Part shown: positions 1-8,287 of the stretch, in pieces | Layout of the letters: each line of letters starts with the position of its first letter | Position numbering within the stretch: position 1 is the stretch's first letter | DNA from: an uncultured Eubacteriales bacterium | Lineage (GTDB): Bacteria; Bacillota; Clostridia; Lachnospirales; JAISER01 | Reading direction: 5' to 3' | Assembly (NCBI GenBank): GCA_964500895.1 | Contig: CAZCQP010000007.1 | Span: 829 to 64,828 of the forward strand | Length of the DNA stretch: 64,000 nucleotides | The notes under the pieces: model-generated | The model's input: only the letters and a program-made list of their open reading frames with translations | What the model was told of the DNA's origin: nothing | The model's database searches: none | Position numbers and translations under genes: made by a program

Positions 1-920
1 ATGAAAATAGCTGCCGTGATACAAATGGTCAAGGTGATGGCTAACACAATAAAAAAGCCGAAGGGATGGTCGGCCACCGGTATGCCGGCTACATTCATGC
101 CAAAGAACCCGGAAACAGCAGCGGGAATGGCCATAATGATGGTGATGCAGGCCAAAAACTTCATTACAATGTTCAGGTTGTTGGAAATGATGGAAGCAAA
201 GGCGTCCATCTGGCCACTTAAAATGTCACTATATATTTTGGCCATTTCAATGGCCTGTTTATTTTCGATGATGGTGTCTTCTAACAACTCTGTGTCATCT
301 GGGTATTTTTTAATAAACTCATAGCGCAAAAGCTTTTCCATTACCAGCTCGTTAGAACGCAAGGAGGTAGAAAAGTAAACCAAGCTCTTTTCAAGTTCCA
401 TCAGCTGGAGCAATTCCTTGTTTTTCATGGACTTTTCAAGTTCATCCAAAATGTGGTTGCTTTGTTTATCAATCTGTTTTAAGTATTTTAAGTATAACGT
501 GGCGTTTCTGTACAAAATTTGTAAAATAAACCTGGACTTTTTAAAGGTGTAGAAGGTTTTCATGTTGTTGCTGATAAAACTTTGCAGCACCAGCGTTTCT
601 TTAAGGGATACGGTAATTAAACATTGCTTGGTAAAAATTATGCCAAGAGGCAACGTTTCATAGGCCACCGTATCGTCTTCAATTTCCATAAAAGGAACGT
701 CCACAACAATTAAAAGGCTGTCTGTGTCGTTGTCCACCTCTATACGGGAACGTTCCTCTTCATCCAGCGCCGCACGAATAAAATCTGTATCTACATTGGC
801 GTCAATGGCTATCTTTTGTATTTCTGTTTCAGTGGGCTTCACCATATTGACCCAAACCCCGTCAAAAATGGTGGATACCTCTTGCAAATCCCGGTTTTGT
901 GAATTGTAAATGGTTATCAT
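1..920 (-). CDS. corA: CorA-family Mg2+/Co2+ transporter, partial (C-terminus lies beyond window start)
   Basis: My own minus-strand translation from ATG (918-920) gives MITIYNSQNRDLQEV... and stays open to position 1. The C-terminal TM region carries the GMN signature (AVSGFFGMNVAGIP). It is absent from the supplied ORF track, presumably because no stop lies in the window. Confidence 0.85.
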   Translation of the reverse strand, partial: MITIYNSQNRDLQEVSTIFDGVWVNMVKPTETEIQKIAIDANVDTDFIRAALDEEERSRIEVDNDTDSLLIVVDVPFMEIEDDTVAYETLPLGIIFTKQCLITVSLKETLVLQSFISNNMKTFYTFKKSRFILQILYRNATLYLKYLKQIDKQSNHILDELEKSMKNKELLQLMELEKSLVYFSTSLRSNELVMEKLLRYEFIKKYPDDTELLEDTIIENKQAIEMAKIYSDILSGQMDAFASIISNNLNIVMKFLACITIIMAIPAAVSGFFGMNVAGIPVADHPFGFFIVLAITLTICITAAIF

Positions 921-1040
921 GGGTATCAGTCCTTACAGGTAGAGTGCTTAGAGCATGTTTAATATCTCGCTTGTAGCGGATAAGGCGTTGCAATGGGGAT
1001 ATTAAGCAGGCTCTTAACCGGTTACACCCATTGGCTTAGG

Positions 1041-1601
1041 CTAAACTAAGCTTGGCGGTGCTATAAAGCCATCCGCCACCTGATGGGTGTTGTCTGCACC
1101 GGTTAGCATTTGCAGCAGTGCAAATGCAAAAGCCATGGCCGCACCAGGGCCTTTGGCTGTTAAAATGCGGCCGTCTTGCACCACCGGCTGGTCTTCAAAA
1201 TTTGCGCCTATTAGGGCTTCTTCAAAACCAGGGTAGCAGACAGCGTTTTTGCCGTTTAACAGCCCCAACTCCCCAAGGGTGGCTGGGGCTGCGCATATGG
1301 CAGCTAAAATCTTTTCATGGGCTTCGTAGCGTTTAATAAGGGCTACAAGCCCTTGGTGGGCCTTGTACGTAGACGCCCCCGGCCCCCCAGGCAGCACCAG
1401 TGCGTTGGCGTCTATGTTTTCTGCAACGTGCCAAAACAAGGTGTCTGCCTTCACTTGTATGCCGTGAGAGCCTTTAATCATGTATTCATCCGTTAAGGAC
1501 ACAGTGCGCACGGTAACTCCCCCTCTGCGCAATATGTCCACTGTTACAATGGCTTCTGTTTCTTCAAATCCTTCCGGCAAAAAAACAAACACGGTAGCCA
1601 T
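1041..1601 (-). CDS. DJ-1/PfpI (ThiJ) family protein
   Basis: 186-aa ORF with a nucleophile-elbow Cys in AAICAAPATLG and a VLPGGPG motif typical of the DJ-1/PfpI fold. Confidence 0.85.
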   Translation of the reverse strand: MATVFVFLPEGFEETEAIVTVDILRRGGVTVRTVSLTDEYMIKGSHGIQVKADTLFWHVAENIDANALVLPGGPGASTYKAHQGLVALIKRYEAHEKILAAICAAPATLGELGLLNGKNAVCYPGFEEALIGANFEDQPVVQDGRILTAKGPGAAMAFAFALLQMLTGADNTHQVADGFIAPPSLV

Positions 1602-1617
1602 AGCGTTAACCTTCTCC

Positions 1618-2091
1618 TTAGTAACAATTTATAATTTCCCCAAAAAATAGTTTATGATAATCCTTTTCATAGAATTTTAAGATTTCCGGCTTTAATGCGC
1701 TTTCCGTTAAGGTGTCCACGTGGGCAATGGCACACTCGTAATAGTGGTTGCATCCGGCCACAATGGGGCTGTTCACACTTTTGGCATCTACAAATTGCAC
1801 AATCTGGCTTTTGTCTATGTCTGCCCCAGATTTGGTACCGCAAATGGTTAATGCTTCTTTCAAAGTGCCAAAAGGAATGCTTACCGTAAAGCTATCGGCC
1901 TTTTCCAATATTTTCATGGTGTAGCGCTGGGGGCGTACACCGGCAATGAACAGGGGTTTGTGCCAGAAAAAGCCTACAAAACCCCAAGAGATTGTCATGG
2001 TGTTCACGCCGTCCTCACTTTTGGCGGTTAAAAAAGCTCCGGTTGTAGATAAATGTTTCATGGCCTGTTCTAAATTTGTTGTAAAGTCCAT
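1618..2091 (-). CDS. Flavin reductase-like FMN-binding domain protein
   Basis: 157-aa ORF. The overall pattern (TMTISWGFVG..., PLFIAGVRPQRYT) resembles split-barrel flavin reductase-like domain proteins. This is a recognition-level call. Confidence 0.65.
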   Translation of the reverse strand: MDFTTNLEQAMKHLSTTGAFLTAKSEDGVNTMTISWGFVGFFWHKPLFIAGVRPQRYTMKILEKADSFTVSIPFGTLKEALTICGTKSGADIDKSQIVQFVDAKSVNSPIVAGCNHYYECAIAHVDTLTESALKPEILKFYEKDYHKLFFGEIINCY

Positions 2092-2184
2092 ATACCTTTA
2101 CTCCTTTATTCAATCTCTCAAACATTATATGCTAAAAAACAAAAAGTTTCAATCTTTTTCATAAGTAATGGGCCGGGGTTGCTC

Positions 2185-2213
2185 TTGATTAGTATGGGTG
2201 ATTATGCTACAAT
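2185..2213 (+). promoter_or_regulatory. Sigma-A type promoter candidate for the NuoE/F/G-like operon
   Basis: TTGATT (2185-2190), 17-nt spacer, extended -10 TGcTACAAT (2205-2213), about 95 nt upstream of the ATG at 2308. Confidence 0.45.
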
Positions 2214-2307
2214 ATTTTGCATACAAACGCCAATGCTTGCGTTATTACGGCTGCACAACCGCCGTGCAATAAAAAAGCAGGAAACCAATCAAAGAGGACG
2301 TGAAAAC

Positions 2308-2820
2308 ATGTGTTGTTGCAAGGAACCAAAAGCCTTTACGTTCAAAGACCCATCCATCGACATTGCTAAGCTTGCGCCTGTTTTAGAGCAGTATAAGGAC
2401 AAGCCGGGCAGCCTCATCACCATTCTACAGAAAGCTCAGGATTTATTTGGATATTTACCCATGGATTTACTGTGCTACATTGCCCATGAAACCAAAGTGA
2501 AGCCTGCCAAAGTGTTAGGGGTCGTCACCTTTTACACCCAGTTCCGCATGGAGCCTGTGGGTAAAAACGTTATTCTGCTCTGCCAGGGCACCGCTTGCCA
2601 TGTAAACGGTTCTGCGGGTATTGAAACGGTTATTTGTGAGGAATTAGGAATAAAAGAAGGGGAAACCACCCCAGACGGCCTGTTTACGCTGAATAACGTG
2701 GCTTGCTTGGGTTGCTGCTCACTGTCTCCCGTAATGATGATTAACGGTGAAACCTACGGCACTTTAACCCCGGATAAGGTGCGTAAAATATTGAAAGACA
2801 TAAAGAACGCCGAAGAATAA
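2308..2820 (+). CDS. NuoE/HydC-like thioredoxin-fold [2Fe-2S] subunit (BfuA/StnA-like)
   Basis: The track ORF 2179-2820 is trimmed to the ATG at 2308, preceded by AGAGGA. LLCQGTACHVNG...VACLGCCSLSPV are the NuoE-type 2Fe-2S Cys ligands. Confidence 0.85.
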   Translation: MCCCKEPKAFTFKDPSIDIAKLAPVLEQYKDKPGSLITILQKAQDLFGYLPMDLLCYIAHETKVKPAKVLGVVTFYTQFRMEPVGKNVILLCQGTACHVNGSAGIETVICEELGIKEGETTPDGLFTLNNVACLGCCSLSPVMMINGETYGTLTPDKVRKILKDIKNAEE

Positions 2821-2833
2821 GGAGGAGCACCCA

Positions 2834-4585
2834 ATGAAAATATTGGTAGGCAAAGGCAGTTGCGGCATTGCCGCCGGGGCCAACAAAGTGGCAGACTATT
2901 TGGCTGGGGCCCTTAAAGACAACCAAATTGGGGCGGACATTGTCACCACAGGCTGCATCGGCATGTGCTACTTAGAGCCGATTATAGATGTGATTAACGA
3001 CAACGGAGATAAAACCACTTATGTGAAGGTTAACAACACCGTGGTGGACGAGCTGATTAAAAGCCTGAAAGGGGAGACCAGCGAGGAAGAAAAGTACCGG
3101 TTGCCCCAGGAGGACATGGACATTTACGCCAAGCAAAAACGGGTAGCGTTGCGCAATTGCGGCATCATCAACCCGGAATGCATTGACGAATACATAGAAG
3201 CAGGTGGCTATGAAGCCGCTCAAAAAGTGCTTACAACCATGACACCTCAGGCCGTTATAGAGGACATTAAAGTGTCTGGCTTGGCCGGGCGTGGGGGCGC
3301 AGGTTTCCCCACCTGGTTTAAATGGCAGGCGGCCAGAAACTCTGCTGGCAATGAAAAATATGTTATTTGCAATGCCGACGAAGGTGACCCAGGGGCTTTC
3401 ATGGACCGTGCGGTTATTGAAGGTGACCCACACAACCTCATTGAAGGGATGCTCATTGCCGCATACGCCATCGGCGCTTTTGAAGGCGTGGTGTACGTGC
3501 GTGCGGAATACCCCTTGGCCATTGTGCGTCTGGAAAAAGCCATTGAGCAAGCCCGAGACAAAGGCTTCTTAGGGCAAAACATTTGCGGTTCTGGCTTTGC
3601 TTTTGATATGCGCATTAAAGCCGGTGCCGGTGCTTTCGTGTGCGGCGAAGAAACCGCACTCATTGCATCTCTGGAAGGCGAACGGGGAATGCCCCGGCTG
3701 AAACCGCCTTTCCCGGCGCAAAAAGGTTTCTGGCAAAAGCCCAGCAACATCAATAACGTGGAAACCTATGCCAACGTGCCTTGGATACTGCAAAACGGTG
3801 GCAGCGCCTTTGCGGCCATGGGTACAGAAAATTCCAAAGGTACCAAGGTGTTTGCTTTAACAGGTAAAATCGCAAAAGGCGGCCTGGTGGAAATTCCCAT
3901 GGGCCAAACCATTTCAGACGTTATTTACGGCGTGGGCGGCGGCATTAAAGACGGCGGCACCTTCAAGGCTGTGCAAATGGGCGGCCCATCCGGTGGCTGT
4001 ATTCCAGCTTCCCTCATTGATACGGTGATTGATTATAAAACCCTGGCCGCTACCGGTGCCATCATGGGTTCCGGCGGTATGGTGGTTATGGATGAAAACA
4101 CCTGTATGGTGGACATGGCCCGGTTTTTCCTGGACTTCACCTGCAAAGAATCCTGCGGAAAATGTACCCACTGCCGCATCGGCACCAAGCGGATGCTGGA
4201 GATTCTGGAGCGCATTACCCAAGGCGAAGGCCGGGAAGGGGACATTGAGCTTCTGCAACATTTGGGCAACCAGATTAAAGAAGGGGCATTGTGCGGCTTA
4301 GGCCAGACAGCGCCAAACCCGGTGTTAACCACCATTAAATATTTCAGAAACGAATATGAAGACCATATATACAACAAAAAGTGTACGGCCAAGCTGTGTG
4401 CCCCGCTTTTGACTTATTCCATAGACGAAAGCGCTTGCACCGGCTGTACCGCCTGCACAAGGAAATGCCCCACAAAAGCCATTTCCGGCGAATTAAAGAA
4501 GCCCCACACCATTGACAAAAATGCTTGTGTGGCTTGCGGCAAATGCAAGCAAGTATGCCGCTTTAACGCCGTAGTGGTTGATTAG
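2834..4585 (+). CDS. NuoF/HydB-like FMN- and NAD(H)-binding iron-sulfur subunit (BfuB/StnB-like)
   Basis: 583 aa, SD TAAGGAGG. Domains in order:
- N-terminal thioredoxin-like 2Fe-2S domain (TGCIGMCYLEP).
- FMN site GLAGRGGAGFPTWFKW.
- NuoF 4Fe-4S motif ESCGKCTHCRIG.
- Two C-terminal ferredoxin motifs (CTGCTACTRKCP, CVACGKCKQVC). Confidence 0.9.
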   Translation: MKILVGKGSCGIAAGANKVADYLAGALKDNQIGADIVTTGCIGMCYLEPIIDVINDNGDKTTYVKVNNTVVDELIKSLKGETSEEEKYRLPQEDMDIYAKQKRVALRNCGIINPECIDEYIEAGGYEAAQKVLTTMTPQAVIEDIKVSGLAGRGGAGFPTWFKWQAARNSAGNEKYVICNADEGDPGAFMDRAVIEGDPHNLIEGMLIAAYAIGAFEGVVYVRAEYPLAIVRLEKAIEQARDKGFLGQNICGSGFAFDMRIKAGAGAFVCGEETALIASLEGERGMPRLKPPFPAQKGFWQKPSNINNVETYANVPWILQNGGSAFAAMGTENSKGTKVFALTGKIAKGGLVEIPMGQTISDVIYGVGGGIKDGGTFKAVQMGGPSGGCIPASLIDTVIDYKTLAATGAIMGSGGMVVMDENTCMVDMARFFLDFTCKESCGKCTHCRIGTKRMLEILERITQGEGREGDIELLQHLGNQIKEGALCGLGQTAPNPVLTTIKYFRNEYEDHIYNKKCTAKLCAPLLTYSIDESACTGCTACTRKCPTKAISGELKKPHTIDKNACVACGKCKQVCRFNAVVVD

Positions 4586-4596
4586 GAGGTAGCGAG

Positions 4597-7500
4597 ATGG
4601 CACAAATCACATTGAATATAAACGGTTTTGAAGTGAAGGGCAACGACGGCCAAACCATTTTGGAGATTGCCCAAGCAAACGGCATTTTTATCCCAACCCT
4701 CTGCCATGACGAACGGGTGAAAACCTTCGGCGCTTGCGGTGTTTGTCTGGTGGAAGGGGAAAACAACCCCAAGCTTATGCGGGCTTGCGCCACGGCTGCG
4801 TCCAACGGCATGGTGATTCAAACAGACACACCACGGGTGCAGGAAGCCCGTAAAATTGCTCTGGAATTTTTGCTTTCAGACCATGCGGGGGATTGCCGCC
4901 CGCCTTGTTTGGAAGCTTGCCCAGGCCATACGGACTGCCAGGGTTATGTAGGCCTCATTGCCAACGGCCAATATGAAGAAGCATTGGCCATGATTAAAAA
5001 CGTGATTCCTCTGCCAGCCTCCATTGGCCGGGTTTGCCCCCATCCGTGCGAGGAAGCTTGCCGCCGGGCCATGGTGGAGGAACCCATCGGCATTGCCCAT
5101 TTGAAAGCTTTTGCAGCCGATTTGGACATGGCTTCCGAAAGTCCTTACACCCCAGACATTGCCCCGGATACAGGCAAAAAAGTGGCCATCATCGGCGGCG
5201 GCCCCGGCGGATTAACAGCCGCCTATTTCTTACGCCGCTACGGTCATGCCGTTACCGTGTACGATGCCATGGACAAAATGGGTGGAATGTTGCGTTACGG
5301 CATTCCTGAATACCGGTTACCCAAAGCCATTTTAGATGCGGAAATTCGCTTAATTGAAAAAATGGGCGTAAAAATGGTGAACAACGTGAAAGTGGGCAAA
5401 GACATGACCTTTGACCACATTAAAAATAGCCATGATGCTACCGTACTTGCCATTGGCGCATGGGTCAGCTCTGGCCTGCGCTGCCCCGGTGAAGATTTAG
5501 ACGGGGTGTTGGGGGGCATCGACTTTTTGCGTGATGTGGCCCAGAACAACCCGGTGCTCACCGGCAAAAAAGTGGCCATTGTCGGTGGCGGAAACACCGC
5601 CATGGATGCTTGCCGCACAGCGGTTCGGCTTGGTGCAGAAGCGGTGTATAACGTCTACCGCCGCACCAAGGCAGAAATGCCCGCCGAACCCATTGAAATT
5701 CAGGAAGCGGAAGAAGAAGGGGTTATCTTTAAAAACTTGACCAACCCCATTGAAATACTAGGCACTGACGGCCATGTGTCTGCTTTACGCTTGCAAATTA
5801 TGGAGCTGGGCGAACCAGACGCCAGCGGCCGCCGTGCCCCTGTTGCTGTGCCTGGCGCAGAGGAAACACTGGATGTAGACACCGTCATTCTGGCCATTGG
5901 CCAAGGGGTGAACCCGGATGGCATGGAAGGGGTTGAATTATCCAAGTGGAAAACCATTGTGGCAGATGAAAACACTTTCCGCACTAACCTCCCAGGGGTT
6001 TATGCTGTGGGGGATGCCACCAACAAAGGAGCCAGCATTGCCATTGAAGCCATTGGGGATGCCAAACGGGCTGCCGATGTGATTCACAGCGGGCTGAATG
6101 GGGCAGAAGTGCCTTATAAAAAACCGTTCATCGTTACACGGGAAATGACCCCTGAAAAACTGGCCCACCACCCGAAAGTGAAGCGGGAAGCCATGCCGCA
6201 CTTGAAGCCGGAAGTGCGCCGCCATACCTTTGACCAAGTGAACTTAGGCTACACGGAAGCACAGGCCAAAGCTGAAGCTAGCCGTTGCCTGGAATGCGGC
6301 TGCGCCGACTACTTCGAGTGCCGCCTCATTGACTACGCCAACCGTTACGGGGTGAATCCTGCACAGTTTGCAGGGGAAACCCACCACCAGCCAGAAGATA
6401 CCTCCAACCCCTTTATTGTGCGCAACCCAAACAAGTGCATTTTGTGCGGCTTGTGCGTCCGGGTGTGCGAAGAAGTGATGGGCCGGACTGCGTTGGGCTT
6501 TGTGGAACGGGGCTTTGACACAGTAATTAAACCAGCCATGGACTTGCCGTTGGCAGAAACTGACTGTATCTCCTGTGGACAGTGCGTGAACTTGTGCCCA
6601 ACTGGGGCGCTGTGCGAACGGCTGCCTGTGGCTAAAAACGTGCCGCTGGAAGAAGAAACCACCCATAGTGTGTGCGGATTCTGTAGTGTGGGCTGCGGGG
6701 TGAAGTTGCAAACCAAGGGCCGTATGTTGCTGCGCAGCTTGCCGGACGACAGCCAACGCCCAAATGCGTTGCTCTGCGCCAAAGGCCGTTTTGGCACAGG
6801 AGAGGTTCAAAAACAGCCCCGCCTGGCAAAACCCCTCATTTGCAAGGACGACAAGATGACGGAAGTTTCCATGGCAGAAGCTTTGTTACATATTACCAAG
6901 AAAACACAGGGCATCGCTGCCCGTTACGGAACTGATGCGCTGGCTGTGGCCATTAGCGATAAATACATTAACGAAGACATTTACGTGATGAACCGTTATG
7001 CCAGAGAAGTGTTGAAAACCCATAAGGTGTTCTCCTTCAACAGCGTGCAGAGCGGTTTAAAAGAAGTGTTTGGCCAGGATGCAAGCCCCAACACACTGGA
7101 AGAACTGCCACACACCGATGTGATTGTGCTGGTGTGCGATGATGTGCTGAACAGCCATACCGTTGCCGGTATTGTGGTGAAAAAAGCAGTGGAAAAAGGC
7201 GCAAAACTCATTCTGGTGAGCAACAAGGAAACACAAGCAGACGAGTGGGCAACGATGAAATTAACCCCAGGAAAAAGCTTGAAGGTCTTGAAAGAAATGA
7301 CCAAAGCTTTGTTGGATATGGGTAAGAAGCCCCAAAATGCCCAGGGTCTTGAGGCGCTGGCAGAAGCGTTAAAGGGTGTTACCCCAGGCGAAGAAGCAGC
7401 TGAAGCGGCCAAGCTGTACGCCAATGCCAAGAAAGCCATGATTGTGTACGATGCCAAAGGTACTTCAACCGATGCCCAGCGGATGCTGGCGGATATGGCT

Positions 7501-8169
7501 GTATTGTCCGGCCACATTGGCAAGCCACGGGCGGGTATGGTAAGCCTATTGTCCAACAGCAACAGCCAAGGCTTGGTGGATATGGGTGTGCAGGGCGACA
7601 GTGCCGCCATGGTTGCCCAAATTGAAGCCGGAACAATTAAAGGTTTGGTTATTTTTGGGGAAGATGTACCAGGCGTGGATTTAAGCAAGGTGGAGTTTGT
7701 GGCAGTGTCCGACTACCACTTGACGGAAACAGCGGAAATGGCCCATGTGGTGCTTCCTGCTGCCACCATGGCGGAATCTTGCGGCACTTATACCAGTATG
7801 CAGCGGCAAGTGCAGCGGGTGCGGCAAGCGTTGCCGGCCCTGTGCGGCTGTTCCAATTGGGAGCTGGTGCGGAATCTGGCCAACGTTTCCCAAAAGGCCA
7901 TCAACTACGAAAGAGGCTGGCAAATTCGCAAAGACATCAGCCAAACCGTGCCGGGTTATGCAGGCCTTAACGACACAGACTGGACAAAACCCGTGTTTGT
8001 GCCAATGGGTGACAGCCCGGTGCTTTACCAGAAAGATTTTGCCTTGGAAGGCGGCCAGGCTTGTTTACAAGTTCCTGTAGGGGATTGCCTGTTTACCGAA
8101 GCCCAAAACACCCATAGTGCCTACAATCGGTTTATGCATTTTATGGATAGCAAACAGCTGATAAAATAA
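4597..8169 (+). CDS. Large fusion subunit (BfuC/StnC-like): NuoG-type 2Fe-2S N-terminus, GltD-like FAD/NAD(P)H module, NuoG-type 4Fe-4S clusters, degenerate molybdopterin-oxidoreductase-like domain
   Basis: 1190 aa, SD AGGAGG. Domains in order:
- CHDERVKTFGACGVC (2Fe-2S).
- GltD-type cluster region CRPPCLEACP...CPHPCEEAC.
- Dinucleotide folds VAIIGGGPGGLTAAY and VAIVGGGNTAMD.
- CILCGLCVRVC and CISCGQCVNLCP.
- MopB-type CGFCSVGCG...LCAKG.
There is no H-cluster motif, and I found no Cys/Sec Mo ligand. Confidence 0.8.
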   Translation: MAQITLNINGFEVKGNDGQTILEIAQANGIFIPTLCHDERVKTFGACGVCLVEGENNPKLMRACATAASNGMVIQTDTPRVQEARKIALEFLLSDHAGDCRPPCLEACPGHTDCQGYVGLIANGQYEEALAMIKNVIPLPASIGRVCPHPCEEACRRAMVEEPIGIAHLKAFAADLDMASESPYTPDIAPDTGKKVAIIGGGPGGLTAAYFLRRYGHAVTVYDAMDKMGGMLRYGIPEYRLPKAILDAEIRLIEKMGVKMVNNVKVGKDMTFDHIKNSHDATVLAIGAWVSSGLRCPGEDLDGVLGGIDFLRDVAQNNPVLTGKKVAIVGGGNTAMDACRTAVRLGAEAVYNVYRRTKAEMPAEPIEIQEAEEEGVIFKNLTNPIEILGTDGHVSALRLQIMELGEPDASGRRAPVAVPGAEETLDVDTVILAIGQGVNPDGMEGVELSKWKTIVADENTFRTNLPGVYAVGDATNKGASIAIEAIGDAKRAADVIHSGLNGAEVPYKKPFIVTREMTPEKLAHHPKVKREAMPHLKPEVRRHTFDQVNLGYTEAQAKAEASRCLECGCADYFECRLIDYANRYGVNPAQFAGETHHQPEDTSNPFIVRNPNKCILCGLCVRVCEEVMGRTALGFVERGFDTVIKPAMDLPLAETDCISCGQCVNLCPTGALCERLPVAKNVPLEEETTHSVCGFCSVGCGVKLQTKGRMLLRSLPDDSQRPNALLCAKGRFGTGEVQKQPRLAKPLICKDDKMTEVSMAEALLHITKKTQGIAARYGTDALAVAISDKYINEDIYVMNRYAREVLKTHKVFSFNSVQSGLKEVFGQDASPNTLEELPHTDVIVLVCDDVLNSHTVAGIVVKKAVEKGAKLILVSNKETQADEWATMKLTPGKSLKVLKEMTKALLDMGKKPQNAQGLEALAEALKGVTPGEEAAEAAKLYANAKKAMIVYDAKGTSTDAQRMLADMAVLSGHIGKPRAGMVSLLSNSNSQGLVDMGVQGDSAAMVAQIEAGTIKGLVIFGEDVPGVDLSKVEFVAVSDYHLTETAEMAHVVLPAATMAESCGTYTSMQRQVQRVRQALPALCGCSNWELVRNLANVSQKAINYERGWQIRKDISQTVPGYAGLNDTDWTKPVFVPMGDSPVLYQKDFALEGGQACLQVPVGDCLFTEAQNTHSAYNRFMHFMDSKQLIK

Positions 8170-8224
8170 CTTAAAAATAGCAATATACCTAAATTTGAAG
8201 CCCAATTATTACCATATCCTACAA

Positions 8225-8254
8225 TTGACGTGAATGAAAAAAGTGGTTTATAAT
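8225..8254 (+). promoter_or_regulatory. Sigma-A type promoter candidate for the amidohydrolase gene
   Basis: TTGACG (8225-8230), 18-nt spacer, TATAAT (8249-8254), 34 nt upstream of the ATG at 8288. Confidence 0.5.
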
Positions 8255-8287
8255 TTTTTCATTCTAATTCAAAGGAGTGGTTAAAAC

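Noticed and set aside
1-909. Track ORFs 1-324 (+) and 724-909 (+).
   Set aside because: They lie antisense to a continuous minus-strand frame that encodes an unmistakable CorA protein with the GMN motif. The plus-strand translations are low-complexity Met/Ala/Ser-rich with no SD.
2214-2307. A possible Rex-type operator in the 5' UTR of the redox operon (TGCACAACCGCCGTGCA).
   Set aside because: It has only 5-bp arms and a GC-rich centre, and does not match the TTGTGAA-N6-TTCACAA type consensus. It is more likely a small RNA hairpin or chance.
2972-8080. Many antisense or out-of-frame ORFs inside the NuoF-like and large fusion genes (for example 2972-3550 -, 3247-3753 -, 6244-6810 -, 6996-7688 -, 7745-8080 +).
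   Set aside because: They overlap frames with dense, recognisable cofactor motifs. Their own translations are Arg/Pro/Gly/His-rich, as expected for shadow ORFs in GC-balanced coding DNA.
4597-8169. Calling the 1190-aa protein a formate dehydrogenase alpha subunit or an [FeFe] hydrogenase.
   Set aside because: No H-cluster motifs are present, I found no Cys/Sec Mo ligand in the expected place, and there is no C-terminal MGD-binding cap. Only the FeS and GltD-like modules look functional.
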